Source: Oscillospiraceae bacterium LCP25S3_E10
Lineage (GTDB): Bacteria; Bacillota; Clostridia; Oscillospirales; Acutalibacteraceae
NCBI GenBank assembly: GCA_052117325.1
Contig: JBQKJJ010000002.1
Reading direction: 5' to 3' (one strand)
Length of the DNA stretch: 24,000 bases
A model generated the notes under the pieces. The model was not told the DNA's origin. It was given only the letters and a program-made list of their open reading frames with translations, and did no database searches. This document shows positions 1-8,100 of this stretch, piece by piece. Numbering within the stretch: position 1 is the first letter of the stretch; the number at the start of each line of letters is the position of its first letter. The position numbers and the translations under genes were made by a program.

Positions 1-595
1 TTAATGTTGAGAGAATTCCCCCTATAATTAACGATTCAATTATAGATAAAATTCCCGTAACTACAAAGGCAATACCTGCATTTCTGTTAGCAACATACCA
101 GTTTTTATCACTTTTTCTAGTCCATGATGTTCGCACCCCTACAACTCCGTTGTATTTTGTTTTCGGTAAAAAGTTACCTGTACAAATAAGGACGACACTA
201 AAAATACAATTTACAACCGGGAAAAGAGTATCCATATTAAGTGACGAATTTTGGGATAACATAAAGGATGTAATTATAATAATACATTGGAGTAGACCAA
301 GTGCAGATGTTATTATTGTTGCAATTATGTATAGAACATTTATATTGCTTTTTACTTTTTCAATATCATCAGTATTTGAAATTGAATAAAATTTAATATA
401 TATTATCCAAAATAAATAAAACGCAATTATTATACCGGGGAAAATAAGGTTTTCATATTTAGAACCCCAACGGTCAACATCGCCGTTAATGTTATAGTGT
501 ACCGGTACAATATCATTCATAAAAAATAGAGATATTACAGTAATTACAGCCGGTGCAAAAGAAATAATAAATAATATTCTATTTTTTAATTTCAT
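1..595 (-). CDS. SdpI-family (DUF1648/SdpI-like) polytopic membrane protein; the C-terminal end runs off the window
   Basis: My own minus-strand translation starts at ATG 595-593, 7 nt after GGGGAGG (609-603). It reads MKLKNRILFIISFAPAVITVISLFFMNDIVPVHYNINGDVDRWGSKYENL ... GVVGVRTSWTRKSDKNWYVANRNAGIAFVVTGILSII and stays open to the window edge, which is presumably why it is missing from the ORF track. It has several hydrophobic helices, and its R-T-x-W-T and W..NR segments resemble B. subtilis SdpI. It lies directly downstream of an SdpR-like gene. Confidence 0.7.
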   Translation of the reverse strand, partial: MKLKNRILFIISFAPAVITVISLFFMNDIVPVHYNINGDVDRWGSKYENLIFPGIIIAFYLFWIIYIKFYSISNTDDIEKVKSNINVLYIIATIITSALGLLQCIIIITSFMLSQNSSLNMDTLFPVVNCIFSVVLICTGNFLPKTKYNGVVGVRTSWTRKSDKNWYVANRNAGIAFVVTGILSIIESLIIGGILSTL

Positions 596-608
596 TAATA
601 TACCTCCC

Positions 609-872
609 CTAAAATTGCTTTAACCAAATTATAAGTTCATCAAATAAAGATGTATTAAGTTCATAATAAACATAATTTTTTTCTTTTGTTTCAATAATGA
701 GGTCATTCTTTTTTAGTAAATTTAAATGATACGATAACGACGCGGGAGATATTCCAATTTTTTGGGCAATATCCCCTGCTATCATTTTATCCTTTTTTAA
801 TAGTATCAAAATGTCTCGTCGTGTTGAATCAGACAATGCTTTGAATGTACCCTGTAAAGACAATTGCTTCAA
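609..872 (-). CDS. ArsR-family winged-helix transcriptional regulator, SdpR-like autorepressor
   Basis: The 87-aa ORF contains FKALSDSTRRDILILL...IAGDIAQKIGISPASLSYHLNLLKK, a typical ArsR/SdpR HTH. The codon at 872-870 is TTG and directly abuts GGAGG (877-873). The in-frame TTG at 863-861, 9 nt after the RBS, is therefore the more likely start. Confidence 0.85.
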   Translation of the reverse strand: MKQLSLQGTFKALSDSTRRDILILLKKDKMIAGDIAQKIGISPASLSYHLNLLKKNDLIIETKEKNYVYYELNTSLFDELIIWLKQF

Positions 873-887
873 CCTCCAGTTACCAAC

Positions 888-911
888 CTATTTAAAAATA
901 TTTTTAAATAG
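888..911. promoter_or_regulatory. Perfect 24-bp palindrome CTATTTAAAAAT/ATTTTTAAATAG; candidate operator of the SdpR-like repressor
   Basis: Read directly from the sequence: the two 12-nt halves are exact reverse complements. It lies between the predicted promoter (923-951) and the RBS of the regulator gene. Confidence 0.4.
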
Positions 912-922
912 ATTGTGACCTT

Positions 923-951
923 ATTATAACAAGCCCTTAGAAAAAAATCAA
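923..951 (-). promoter_or_regulatory. Sigma-A type promoter for the sdpR/sdpI-like operon
   Basis: On the minus strand: TTGATT (951-946), a 17-nt spacer, then TATAAT (928-923). Confidence 0.5.
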
Positions 952-1237
952 TAAAATTTATTTAAAAAAATAACAGCACATTTTGTTCAGGTAATGCCCC
1001 ATATTATAAAAATTCGATAGCCTATAAAAATCAAAAAACACTTGAAATTAATTATGTATTAATAGATAGCTTTAAGCAATCACCCTCGCCACATAACCGC
1101 GGAAACCGCAAACCCAAATATATCGGGTTATTTCGTTGTATTATAAGTTTATAAAGCCTAATTATCACAATAATAACTTTGTATAAGCAGCATTATACAA
1201 AACAACATACCAAATTTACAAAATTTAAAATTTAGTA

Positions 1238-1266
1238 TTGACTTTATAAACAAAATGTAATATAAT
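1238..1266 (+). promoter_or_regulatory. Sigma-A promoter of tRNA-Leu
   Basis: TTGACT (1238-1243), a 17-nt spacer, then TATAAT (1261-1266). It lies about 35 nt upstream of the tRNA. Confidence 0.6.
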
Positions 1267-1301
1267 AATTTTTGTTCGGTAATGAACACGGTACACTATA
1301 T

Positions 1302-1386
1302 GCGGGTGTGGCGGAATTGGCAGACGCGCTAGATTTAGGTTCTAGTGTCAGCAGACGTGGGGGTTCAAGTCCCTTCACCCGCACCA
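1302..1386 (+). tRNA. tRNA-Leu (anticodon UAG), class II with long variable arm, CCA encoded
   Basis: Manual cloverleaf. The acceptor stem is GCGGGTG/CACCCGC. The anticodon stem is CTAGA/TCTAG with loop TTTAGGT, giving anticodon TAG. The variable arm is GTC-AGCA-GAC and the T-loop is TTCAAGT. The discriminator is A, followed by CCA (1384-1386). Confidence 0.9.
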
Positions 1387-1417
1387 GTGCGAAATTGTTC
1401 AAACGGAACTTTAAAAA

Positions 1418-1463
1418 GGGATTGCTGCAAACCGTTTGGTTTGGCTGCAATCCCTTTTTATTT
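1418..1463 (+). terminator. Rho-independent terminator after tRNA-Leu
   Basis: Imperfect long hairpin GGGATTGCTGCAAACC...GGTTTGGCTGCAATCCC, followed by TTTTTATTT. Confidence 0.6.
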
Positions 1464-1624
1464 GACCACCTTACCCTGCTACAGAACAATTCAAAATGCA
1501 GAGTGTTTTCACCATAAATTTTCTTTATTCCTTATCTAAGATTAGTCATATCTGTTTATATGCGGATACATTCTTAACAGCAACATTAAACAGTAAACTT
1601 TTAAAAAATATCAAAAATTAGGTG

Positions 1625-1653
1625 TTGACAATTTATTAATAAGCTGATATAAT
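1625..1653 (+). promoter_or_regulatory. Sigma-A promoter of the CAU-anticodon tRNA
   Basis: TTGACA (1625-1630), a 17-nt spacer, then TATAAT (1648-1653). Both hexamers match consensus perfectly. Confidence 0.65.
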
Positions 1654-1670
1654 AATTTGGCAATAGCAAC

Positions 1671-1747
1671 GGATCATTAGCTCAGTTGGTTAGAGCAACC
1701 GGCTCATAACCGGTAGGTCCCGGGTTCGAGTCCCTGATGATCCACCA
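1671..1747 (+). tRNA. tRNA with CAU anticodon: elongator tRNA-Met, or lysidine-modified tRNA-Ile2. It is not initiator-like. CCA is encoded.
   Basis: Manual cloverleaf. The acceptor stem is GGATCAT/ATGATCC, so positions 1 and 72 are paired. The D-arm is GCTC-AGTTGGTTA-GAGC. The anticodon stem is ACCGG/CCGGT with loop CTCATAA. The T-loop is TTCGAGT, with one C.U mismatch in the T-stem. There is no 3xG-C anticodon stem, so an initiator is unlikely. Confidence 0.85.
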
Positions 1748-1787
1748 AAAACCACCGTAATTTTGATTGAATTACGGTGGTTTTTTA
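1747..1787 (+). terminator. Rho-independent terminator after the tRNA(CAU)
   Basis: Stem AACCACCGTAATT/AATTACGGTGGTT with loop TTGATTG, followed by TTTTTT. Confidence 0.75.
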
Positions 1788-1862
1788 TATAGTTCATCTT
1801 GTGCACACTTTGTTTTTGTGATAAACTGATTGCGACAAATTGAAATTTATGGAGGCAACATA

Positions 1863-2060
1863 ATGGAAAACAAATGCAGTAAATGCGGAGGAGAATTAGT
1901 AACCGGTCGTTTGATGACCTCGTCGTGGCATGTTGAATTTATTCCGCTATGTGATGTAAAGAAGTTAAAGCGGAGACATATAGGTGTAATTTGCGACACC
2001 TGTGTTGAATGTGGAAACATTGAAAACATCCGTGCAGAAAATCCGGAAGCCTTGAAGTAA
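1863..2060 (+). CDS. Small hypothetical zinc-ribbon protein (65 aa)
   Basis: ATG at 1863 lies 7 nt after GGAGG (1851-1855). The sequence is MENKCSKCGGELVTG...VICDTCVECGNIEN, with two CxxC pairs. A terminator follows at 2176-2215. No family was recognised beyond the zinc-ribbon pattern. Confidence 0.45.
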   Translation: MENKCSKCGGELVTGRLMTSSWHVEFIPLCDVKKLKRRHIGVICDTCVECGNIENIRAENPEALK

Positions 2061-2175
2061 ATTTTGGTTTGACGGTATATTCCAAGTTCTTGCCCTGTTT
2101 GAGCAGGGGTGCAATTTCTCCGTATAAGGGTGCATTACACTCCACTTTCTATCAAAATTGTGATTTTGCTCCAAT

Positions 2176-2215
2176 AAAAGCATTTACTAAAAAAGGTAAG
2201 TGCTTTTATTTTTTG
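2176..2215 (+). terminator. Rho-independent terminator
   Basis: Stem AAAAGCATTTAC/GTAAGTGCTTTT (one G.U pair), followed by ATTTTTT. Confidence 0.55.
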
Positions 2216-2235
2216 TAAAACATAAAACCACTTTG

Positions 2236-2273
2236 CAAAAAAGGCTCATCACCTGTTTTACGGTGACGAGCCT
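2236..2273 (-). terminator. Terminator of the minus-strand rsmE-mtnN-pdxK unit (also hairpin-competent on the plus strand)
   Basis: Stem GGCTCATCACC (2243-2253) / GGTGACGAGCC (2262-2272) with one mismatch. On the minus strand it is followed by TTTTTT (complement of 2237-2242). It lies about 55 nt downstream of the stop at 2327. Confidence 0.6.
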
Positions 2274-2326
2274 TTTGCTTTGGTTGAAAAGTAATTTAAA
2301 CTTTAACAGTAATTATATTTTTTAAT

Positions 2327-3184
2327 CTACTGATTTTCAGTCTTTCGGTCATTAAGCATTTTTATTAACTTTGGCAACGCTTTTTCAAAATCTACACCAT
2401 ACCAGTGGTAATCCTTATTTTTCAAGGTTTCTCTGATACATTCCACTGTAAAATTAACGGCAATTTGCAGTGCGTCCTCCTTTGAAAAGCCCTCTTGCAT
2501 TAATGCACCTGTAAAGGCTGAGGCAAACACATCGCCTGTACCGTGAAAGCTGTATGGTAGCTTTTGGGAATAATACTCAAAAAAGCTGTCGTTTTCCCTA
2601 TCATAGGACATTACACCTACAGTGTGGCTGTCAAAACTAACACCTGTAATTGCACAGTAGCCACAACCCTGCTTGCTAAGCCTTACAAGAACATCTTTTA
2701 TAAATTCTTTGGTGTAATTATCCCCCACATAAGGAATATTCAGCATATAGCAAGCCTCTGTAAGGTTAGGCAAAATTACATCGGCACAGCCGCACAGTTT
2801 TGCCATTTCGTCAGCAAAATCCTGTGTAAAGCCCTTGTAAAGGTTTCCGTAATCTGCCATAGCCGGGTCCACAACAACAATATTTTTGTCGGTTTTAAAC
2901 TCCTTAAACACCTGTGACATTATTTTTATTTGCCGTACAGAACCCAAATAACCTGTGTATATAGCGTCAAAGTCTATTTGTTGTTTTCTAAGCATAGCAA
3001 CAATAGGTTCAATTTCATCGGTAAGGTCGTGAAAGGTAAAGTCTGAAAACGCCGTATGACAGGAAAGTACCGCTGTAGGTATAACAGACGCCTCTACGCC
3101 CATTGCCGAAATAACAGGCAGTGCCACAGTAAGAGAGCACTTTCCCACACAGGAAATATCCTGAATCGTAACAATTCGTTTCAT
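2327..3184 (-). CDS. pdxK: Pyridoxamine/pyridoxal kinase (ribokinase superfamily, PdxK/PdxY type)
   Basis: 285 aa. The N-terminus MKRIVTIQDISCVGKCSLTVALPVISAMG and the C-terminal GTGDVFASAF anion-hole motif are typical of pyridoxal-family kinases. Confidence 0.8.
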   Translation of the reverse strand: MKRIVTIQDISCVGKCSLTVALPVISAMGVEASVIPTAVLSCHTAFSDFTFHDLTDEIEPIVAMLRKQQIDFDAIYTGYLGSVRQIKIMSQVFKEFKTDKNIVVVDPAMADYGNLYKGFTQDFADEMAKLCGCADVILPNLTEACYMLNIPYVGDNYTKEFIKDVLVRLSKQGCGYCAITGVSFDSHTVGVMSYDRENDSFFEYYSQKLPYSFHGTGDVFASAFTGALMQEGFSKEDALQIAVNFTVECIRETLKNKDYHWYGVDFEKALPKLIKMLNDRKTENQ

Positions 3185-3196
3185 TGGCAGTACCTC

Positions 3197-3910
3197 TTAA
3201 TCAAAAAATGCCTTAATTACCTTTAATGTTTCGTCTGCCGCCAAAAACTTAAACTTTTCAAAATCCATATAGTCGTTGTCGTCTATAGTGTCTGATATTG
3301 CCCTTAGAACGGCAAAAGGAACATGGTTGCGGTAACATACCTGACCAATAGAGGCGCCCTCCATTTCGCAACAGTATGCGTCAAAATACTCGCCGATTTC
3401 CTTGCGGGCTACCTTACTGGAAATAAACTGCTCGCCTGAAGCAACAGTACCATAGTAAACATTTACATTTTTTAAGTCTTTTTTGCACTCTGCAATTATT
3501 TTATCGGTTAATTCCTTATCCGCCGGAATTTCCGTGATAATTTCATCGCTGAATTGTATAGTACCTCGTGGGTAAATTTCGTTATTCTCTTCGCCAATAT
3601 CTACCAAACACCTGTTGTCGTGGTTTACCACACGGCTTGAAACAACAATGTCGCCTATTTTAAGCTGTGTACTTAATGCACCTGCAACGCCGCTGTTAAT
3701 AATAGCTGACGGCTTGTACTGCATAATCATAGCCTGTGTACACATAGCCGCATTAACCTTGCCTACGCCGCACTGTGCCAAAACACAGTCTTTGCCGTTT
3801 ATACTGCCTTTATAAAAGGTTATTTGGCTTATTTCGGTTTCTTCAATATTGTCCATTAATTTTTTAACGCCTTCAATTTCAATATCCAACGCACCTATAA
3901 TTCCCAGCAT
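3197..3910 (-). CDS. mtnN: 5'-methylthioadenosine/S-adenosylhomocysteine nucleosidase
   Basis: 237 aa with MLGIIGALDIEIE..., CGVGKVNAA and EMEGASIGQVC motifs characteristic of MtnN/Pfs. Confidence 0.9.
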   Translation of the reverse strand: MLGIIGALDIEIEGVKKLMDNIEETEISQITFYKGSINGKDCVLAQCGVGKVNAAMCTQAMIMQYKPSAIINSGVAGALSTQLKIGDIVVSSRVVNHDNRCLVDIGEENNEIYPRGTIQFSDEIITEIPADKELTDKIIAECKKDLKNVNVYYGTVASGEQFISSKVARKEIGEYFDAYCCEMEGASIGQVCYRNHVPFAVLRAISDTIDDNDYMDFEKFKFLAADETLKVIKAFFD

Positions 3911-3936
3911 AACAATCTCCTTACTTTTTATATCTG

Positions 3937-4662
3937 CTAACCAAGATTTCCCGTTTCATACATTATAACAGAAAGTGCCGTAAGCGGCGCAGTTTCTGCC
4001 CTTAGCACACGCTTGCCCAGGGTAGCAGCACTACCGCCTTTGCTTACCACAGAATCCACCTCTGTTTGCTCAAAACCACCCTCTGAGCCAATAAATATAT
4101 TAACATTTTGGGCTGTTTTGTCAATAACATTTCCTATATGCTCACCGCCGCACTCATAAAAAATTATATTACAGCAGCTATCCTCAAGGCTTGCTACGGC
4201 CTGTTTAAAGGTTTGTGCCTGTTTAACCTGCGGTATAACTCCCCTGCGTGACTGCTGTGCGGCCTGCAGTGCAATTTTTTGCCAGCGTTCCACTTTTTTT
4301 CTCAAGGACTTTTCGTCCGGCCTTGAAATACACCGTGCCGAAATAACCGGCACTATGCTTGTTACCCCCAGTTCTACTGCTTTTTGTACAATAAAATCCA
4401 TTTTATCTCCCTTTGGCAATGCCTGATAGAGGGTTACTGCCACATTGGGTTCGTTTTGGCACTTAAACTTGCTATTAACCTTAACAGTGATATTTCCCGG
4501 CACTATATTTTCTATAGTTGTACTGTACTGCATACCACAGCTGTCTACAAGGGTTATTTCCTCGCCGATTTTCATTCGCAAGGACTTTTCAATGTGTTTT
4601 GCGTTTTCTCCTGTTATAGTGTAAGTATCTTCATTAAATGGCTCTGTAAAAAACCATGCCAT
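3937..4662 (-). CDS. rsmE: 16S rRNA (uracil1498-N3)-methyltransferase RsmE
   Basis: The ORF track gives 3937-4713. I prefer ATG 4662 (MAWFFTEPF...), which is preceded by GGGGTGA and gives the typical RsmE N-terminus (M-x-x-FF). PUA-like N-domain and SPOUT C-domain motifs are present (IGSEGGF, RAETA). Confidence 0.85.
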   Translation of the reverse strand: MAWFFTEPFNEDTYTITGENAKHIEKSLRMKIGEEITLVDSCGMQYSTTIENIVPGNITVKVNSKFKCQNEPNVAVTLYQALPKGDKMDFIVQKAVELGVTSIVPVISARCISRPDEKSLRKKVERWQKIALQAAQQSRRGVIPQVKQAQTFKQAVASLEDSCCNIIFYECGGEHIGNVIDKTAQNVNIFIGSEGGFEQTEVDSVVSKGGSAATLGKRVLRAETAPLTALSVIMYETGNLG

Positions 4663-4779
4663 ATTATCACCCCACAATAATATATCAGAATTATATATTT
4701 TTTGCAAACCCAAACTTAGGTATAATATACACTTGCCAATCTGTTTTGTAATTTTGTTATTTCAGCTTAGTTAAAGCCA

Positions 4780-5274
4780 CTACATTGCTCTCCATACGCA
4801 GCAATTCTTTTTTCTCTCTATTCCGCCGCCGTAGCCTGTTAAGCTACCCTTTGAGCCAACCACCCTGTGGCACGGTACTATAATTGATATAGGGTTATGC
4901 CCTACTGCATTGCCTACAGCCTGTGCAGACATTTTTTCTATTCCCCGTTGTTTTGCTATAGTCCTTGCTATATCTCCGTAGGATACAGTTTCACCGTAAG
5001 GAATATCCAAAAGCATTTTCCACACTGTCATTCTAAAATCAGTACCATTTAGCAACAAAGGCGGCGTAAAATCCGGAATTTTATTATGAAAGTAAATATC
5101 CAGCCAACGCACCGCCTGTTCTGTAGCATCTGTAGCTTGATTCATGTATTTTTCAGAAAGGGTTTCACCAAAAAATCTTGAATTTTCAAACCATATGCCT
5201 GTTACCAAGGTTTCATTGGAAGCAATGGTGATACTCCCTAAAGGGGATTTATATTCCTGTATGTAATCCAACAC
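4780..5274 (-). CDS. ogt: Methylated-DNA--protein-cysteine methyltransferase
   Basis: 164 aa with the active-site PCHRVV motif and a GYGGG segment. The start is GTG 5274 or TTG 5271, after AAGGAGG. Confidence 0.9.
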   Translation of the reverse strand: MLDYIQEYKSPLGSITIASNETLVTGIWFENSRFFGETLSEKYMNQATDATEQAVRWLDIYFHNKIPDFTPPLLLNGTDFRMTVWKMLLDIPYGETVSYGDIARTIAKQRGIEKMSAQAVGNAVGHNPISIIVPCHRVVGSKGSLTGYGGGIERKKNCCVWRAM

Positions 5275-5334
5275 TGCACCTCCTTAACCAGAAATTAATT
5301 ATTTATAACCTAACCAAATTATAACATTAAAACA

Positions 5335-5371
5335 CAAAAACAACCACACCCTACTGCAAGAATGTGGTTGT
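5335..5371 (-). terminator. Terminator downstream of ilvD (bidirectional hairpin)
   Basis: Stem CAACCACA (5341-5348) / TGTGGTTG (5363-5370), flanked by A5 on one side and T6 on the other. Confidence 0.55.
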
Positions 5372-5403
5372 TTTTTGTTATGTGTTATTAGTATTCGTAA
5401 AAA

Positions 5404-7080
5404 TTATTGGTTTACATCAAGAATTGCGCCTGTGTTGCCGGATGTAACCATTGCGGCATATCTAGCCAAATAGCCTGTTTTAATTCTTGGCTCTTTCGGC
5501 TGCCACTCTTTTCTTCTTTCTGCAAGCTCTTCGTCTGAAAGCTTAACATTAATCTTGTTTGCCATAATATCTATAGAGATTATATCGCCGTCCTTAATTA
5601 ATGCAATAGGACCGCCTACTGCTGCTTCAGGAGATACATGACCGATAGCTGCACCTCTGGTAGCGCCCGAAAAACGACCGTCTGTAATAAGTGCAACTGT
5701 GCTTCCTAAGCCTCTGCCCATAATAGCCGATGTAGGGTTAAGCATTTCTCTCATACCAGGGCCGCCCTTTGGTCCCTCGTAGCGAATTACAACAACATCG
5801 CCATCGTGGATTTGGTCGCCCATTATAGCTTTCATAGCGTCCTCTTCACAGTCAAATACTCTGGCAGGACCTTCGTGTACAAGCATTTCAGGAGCAACCG
5901 CACTTCTTTTAACAACACATGAATCAGGAGCAATATTACCTCTTAGAACTGCTATACCACCTGTTTTGCTGTAAGGGTTATCAACAGGTCTAATAACCTC
6001 CGGGTTCTTATTTTTGCAAAGAGCAATATTTTCGCCTACAGTTTTACCTGTAACTGTCATACAATCTGTATGTAAAAGTCCAAGCTTATTAACCTCGTTC
6101 ATAACAGCGTAAACGCCGCCTGCCTCATTAAGGTCTTCCATATGGTGAGGGCCTGCAGGAGCAAGATGACATAGGTTAGGTACTTTATCACTAATTTTAT
6201 TTGCAATATCTAGGTTAATTTCTATGCCTGCCTCGTGTGCAATAGCCGGTAGGTGCAGCATACTGTTTGTACTGCAGCCAAGAGCCATATCAATAGTAAG
6301 AGCATTTTCAAATGCCTCTTGAGTCATAATGTCACGAGGCTTAATGTCCCTCTTTAGCAGCTCCATAATCTGCATACCTGCCTTTTTAGCAAGGCGGATT
6401 CTCTCTGAATATACAGCCGGAATAGTACCGTTGCCACGCAAGCCCATACCAAGAACTTCTGTAAGGCAGTTCATAGAGTTTGCTGTGTACATACCTGAAC
6501 ATGAACCGCATGTTGGACAGGTTTTTTCTTCATATTCTGTCAGCTCTTCCTCTGAAATCTTGCCCGCTGCATAAGCACCAACAGCTTCAGAAGCAGCCGA
6601 AAAACTAACCTTGCAGCCGTTTACCGTACCTGCAAGCATAGGACCGCCGCTTACGAAAATTGTAGGAATATTCATTCTGGCAGCTGCCATTAACAAACCC
6701 GGAACATTCTTGTCGCAGTTTGGAATCATAACCAATGCGTCAAAGCCGTGTGCCATTGTCATACACTCTGTAGAATCAGCTATTAGGTCACGGGTTACAA
6801 GTGAATATTTCATTCCCTGGTGTCCCATAGCGATTCCGTCACATACTGCTATAGCCGGGAAAACAGCCGGAGTACCGCCTGCCATAGCTACACCAAGCTT
6901 TACAGCCTCTGTAATCTTGTCAATATTCATATGTCCCGGAACAATTTCATTAAATGAACTTACAATACCTATAAGGGGTCTTTTCTGCTCCTCTGCTGTA
7001 AATCCAAGAGCATTAAAAAGTGTTCTGTGTGGTGCATTTTGAGCGCCGTTTTTTATTGCGTCACTTCTCATCTCATACAA
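5404..7080 (-). CDS. ilvD: Dihydroxy-acid dehydratase
   Basis: 558 aa with RSDAIKNG..., [17 protein letters not shown] and TDGRFSG motifs of IlvD. ATG 7071 (MRSD...) is an alternative start. Confidence 0.95.
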   Translation of the reverse strand: MYEMRSDAIKNGAQNAPHRTLFNALGFTAEEQKRPLIGIVSSFNEIVPGHMNIDKITEAVKLGVAMAGGTPAVFPAIAVCDGIAMGHQGMKYSLVTRDLIADSTECMTMAHGFDALVMIPNCDKNVPGLLMAAARMNIPTIFVSGGPMLAGTVNGCKVSFSAASEAVGAYAAGKISEEELTEYEEKTCPTCGSCSGMYTANSMNCLTEVLGMGLRGNGTIPAVYSERIRLAKKAGMQIMELLKRDIKPRDIMTQEAFENALTIDMALGCSTNSMLHLPAIAHEAGIEINLDIANKISDKVPNLCHLAPAGPHHMEDLNEAGGVYAVMNEVNKLGLLHTDCMTVTGKTVGENIALCKNKNPEVIRPVDNPYSKTGGIAVLRGNIAPDSCVVKRSAVAPEMLVHEGPARVFDCEEDAMKAIMGDQIHDGDVVVIRYEGPKGGPGMREMLNPTSAIMGRGLGSTVALITDGRFSGATRGAAIGHVSPEAAVGGPIALIKDGDIISIDIMANKINVKLSDEELAERRKEWQPKEPRIKTGYLARYAAMVTSGNTGAILDVNQ

Positions 7081-7165
7081 TCCTTTCTTACAATCTTATT
7101 TCTAATATATTTTGCAAGGAATATATTTTAAAAAGAATATACTCTACCCTGTGGGATTTATTATC

Positions 7166-7194
7166 ATTATAAAATTAATAATTGTTACTGTCAA
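7166..7194 (-). promoter_or_regulatory. Sigma-A promoter of ilvD
   Basis: On the minus strand: TTGACA (7194-7189), a 17-nt spacer, then TATAAT (7171-7166). Both hexamers match consensus. The leader is only about 80 nt, too short for a T-box. Confidence 0.65.
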
Positions 7195-7241
7195 GAAGTA
7201 TTGCCGCATAAGTAAAGAATGTTTTAATAGCTTTTGCAATT

Positions 7242-7273
7242 AAAAAAGCAAGCAACGCTACAGTGCTGCTTGC
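7242..7273 (-). terminator. Terminator of the cohesin/dockerin gene cluster
   Basis: Stem GCAAGCA (7248-7254) / TGCTTGC (7267-7273) plus inner pairs. On the minus strand it is followed by TTTTTT (complement of 7242-7247). Confidence 0.6.
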
Positions 7274-7313
7274 CCTTGTGAAAACTCACATTTTTATTTT
7301 TGTTAAGTTTTTA

Positions 7314-8009
7314 TTACTCTAATATTAATGCCCTTAGCATCGTAACATCGTTAGCATCAAACTTACCGTCTTTATTCAGGTCATTTTTTGCTATTTCCTC
7401 TGCGGTCATATCATCTGCATGAACATATTTACCGGCTATTATTAAATAGTCAGAAACTGTTACAGCATTGTCACCATCTAAGTCGCCAACCAAAGTTTCC
7501 GGCTGAGCTGGTGCTTCTGTTTCAGGGGTAGAAACAACTTCTAATTTCTCTGTAAATTTGTCTGTAATTTGCTCAAAATTATTATTAACTATATCTGTAA
7601 TACTGTAGTTAAATGGCAGTTCATCTGCCGCAGCGTCCTCGTTAAGTACAAACTCTACAGCAGCAACAAGCTGTCCGCCGCTTATCATATAATCCATTCT
7701 TCCCAATGCGGCACAAATTCTCAAATTGTCCGATTCGTCCTTAACTTGAGTAATAGCATCATTTAGGAAGCTGTATGTTGTTGACTGATTGAAAGACAGC
7801 TTATCGGAATTATATTTAACTATAAAGTCAATACCGCAAAAATCGCTGTCAACATCTGAAGGCAAATATAGTGAGTATCTAAATACTGTGCCTGCCTTAT
7901 ATTGGCCTTTTTCAGGATTGACCTGGGCTGATGCAGTCACTGCAAACAAAGATGTTACTATAATCAGCACACCCACAAATGACGCTAATAACTTTTTAAC
8001 TTGATTCAT
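7314..8009 (-). CDS. Secreted single-cohesin-like module protein with C-terminal dockerin (adaptor-scaffoldin-like)
   Basis: 231 aa. The signal peptide is MNQVKKLLASFVGVLIIVTSLFAVTASA. A cohesin-like beta module spans about aa 29-160 (GTVFRYSLYLP...GIDFIVKYNSDKLSF...VAAVEFVL). An acidic Pro-rich linker is TPETEAPAQPE. The dockerin (aa 174-231, nt 7317-7490) has two Ca-binding loops, DLDGDNAVTVSD and DLNKDGKFDAND. Confidence 0.75.
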   Translation of the reverse strand: MNQVKKLLASFVGVLIIVTSLFAVTASAQVNPEKGQYKAGTVFRYSLYLPSDVDSDFCGIDFIVKYNSDKLSFNQSTTYSFLNDAITQVKDESDNLRICAALGRMDYMISGGQLVAAVEFVLNEDAAADELPFNYSITDIVNNNFEQITDKFTEKLEVVSTPETEAPAQPETLVGDLDGDNAVTVSDYLIIAGKYVHADDMTAEEIAKNDLNKDGKFDANDVTMLRALILE

Positions 8010-8100
8010 TCTGTTCAGTTCCTTTCAAATAACGAATTTTTAAAAATTCATTATTACTTTTGTTATTCTTCCAACCTACAAAACCTAACGGAACTAATAC

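Noticed and set aside
150-389. 79-aa plus-strand ORF from the ORF track
   Set aside because: It has a TTG start, no RBS and low-complexity AT-driven sequence. It lies entirely antisense to the much better supported SdpI-like gene (1-595, minus strand).
1244-1539. Three overlapping 64-81-aa ORFs on both strands
   Set aside because: They span the tRNA-Leu gene, its promoter and its terminator. They are translation artefacts of a structured RNA locus.
873-1800. tRNA-adjacent AT-rich region considered as an integration site or genomic-island border
   Set aside because: No integrase or recombinase gene is present. I could find no direct repeat of either tRNA 3' end elsewhere in the window. Flanking genes are ordinary.
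2564-2917. 117-aa plus-strand ORF. The same applies to similar antisense ORFs at 3615-3815, 4384-4680, 6329-7042, 7569-8004, 8128-8929, 13249-13479, 17294-18047, 19271-20268 (minus strand) and 20306-23829 (minus strand).
   Set aside because: All lie antisense to, or out of frame within, long ORFs with clear family motifs. None has a convincing RBS. Their compositions are typical of shadow ORFs.
4679-4707. TTGCAA-17-TATATT promoter-like element upstream of rsmE (minus strand)
   Set aside because: The implied transcription start would fall inside or after the rsmE RBS (4667-4673). It is therefore unlikely to be the functional promoter. rsmE may be read through from ogt or use a promoter I could not define.
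7081-7165. AATATATTTT direct repeat in the ilvD 5' UTR, considered as a CodY box or leader element
   Set aside because: The match to the CodY consensus AATTTTCWGAAAATT is poor. The leader is only about 80 nt, with no terminator hairpin, so I see no support for attenuation.
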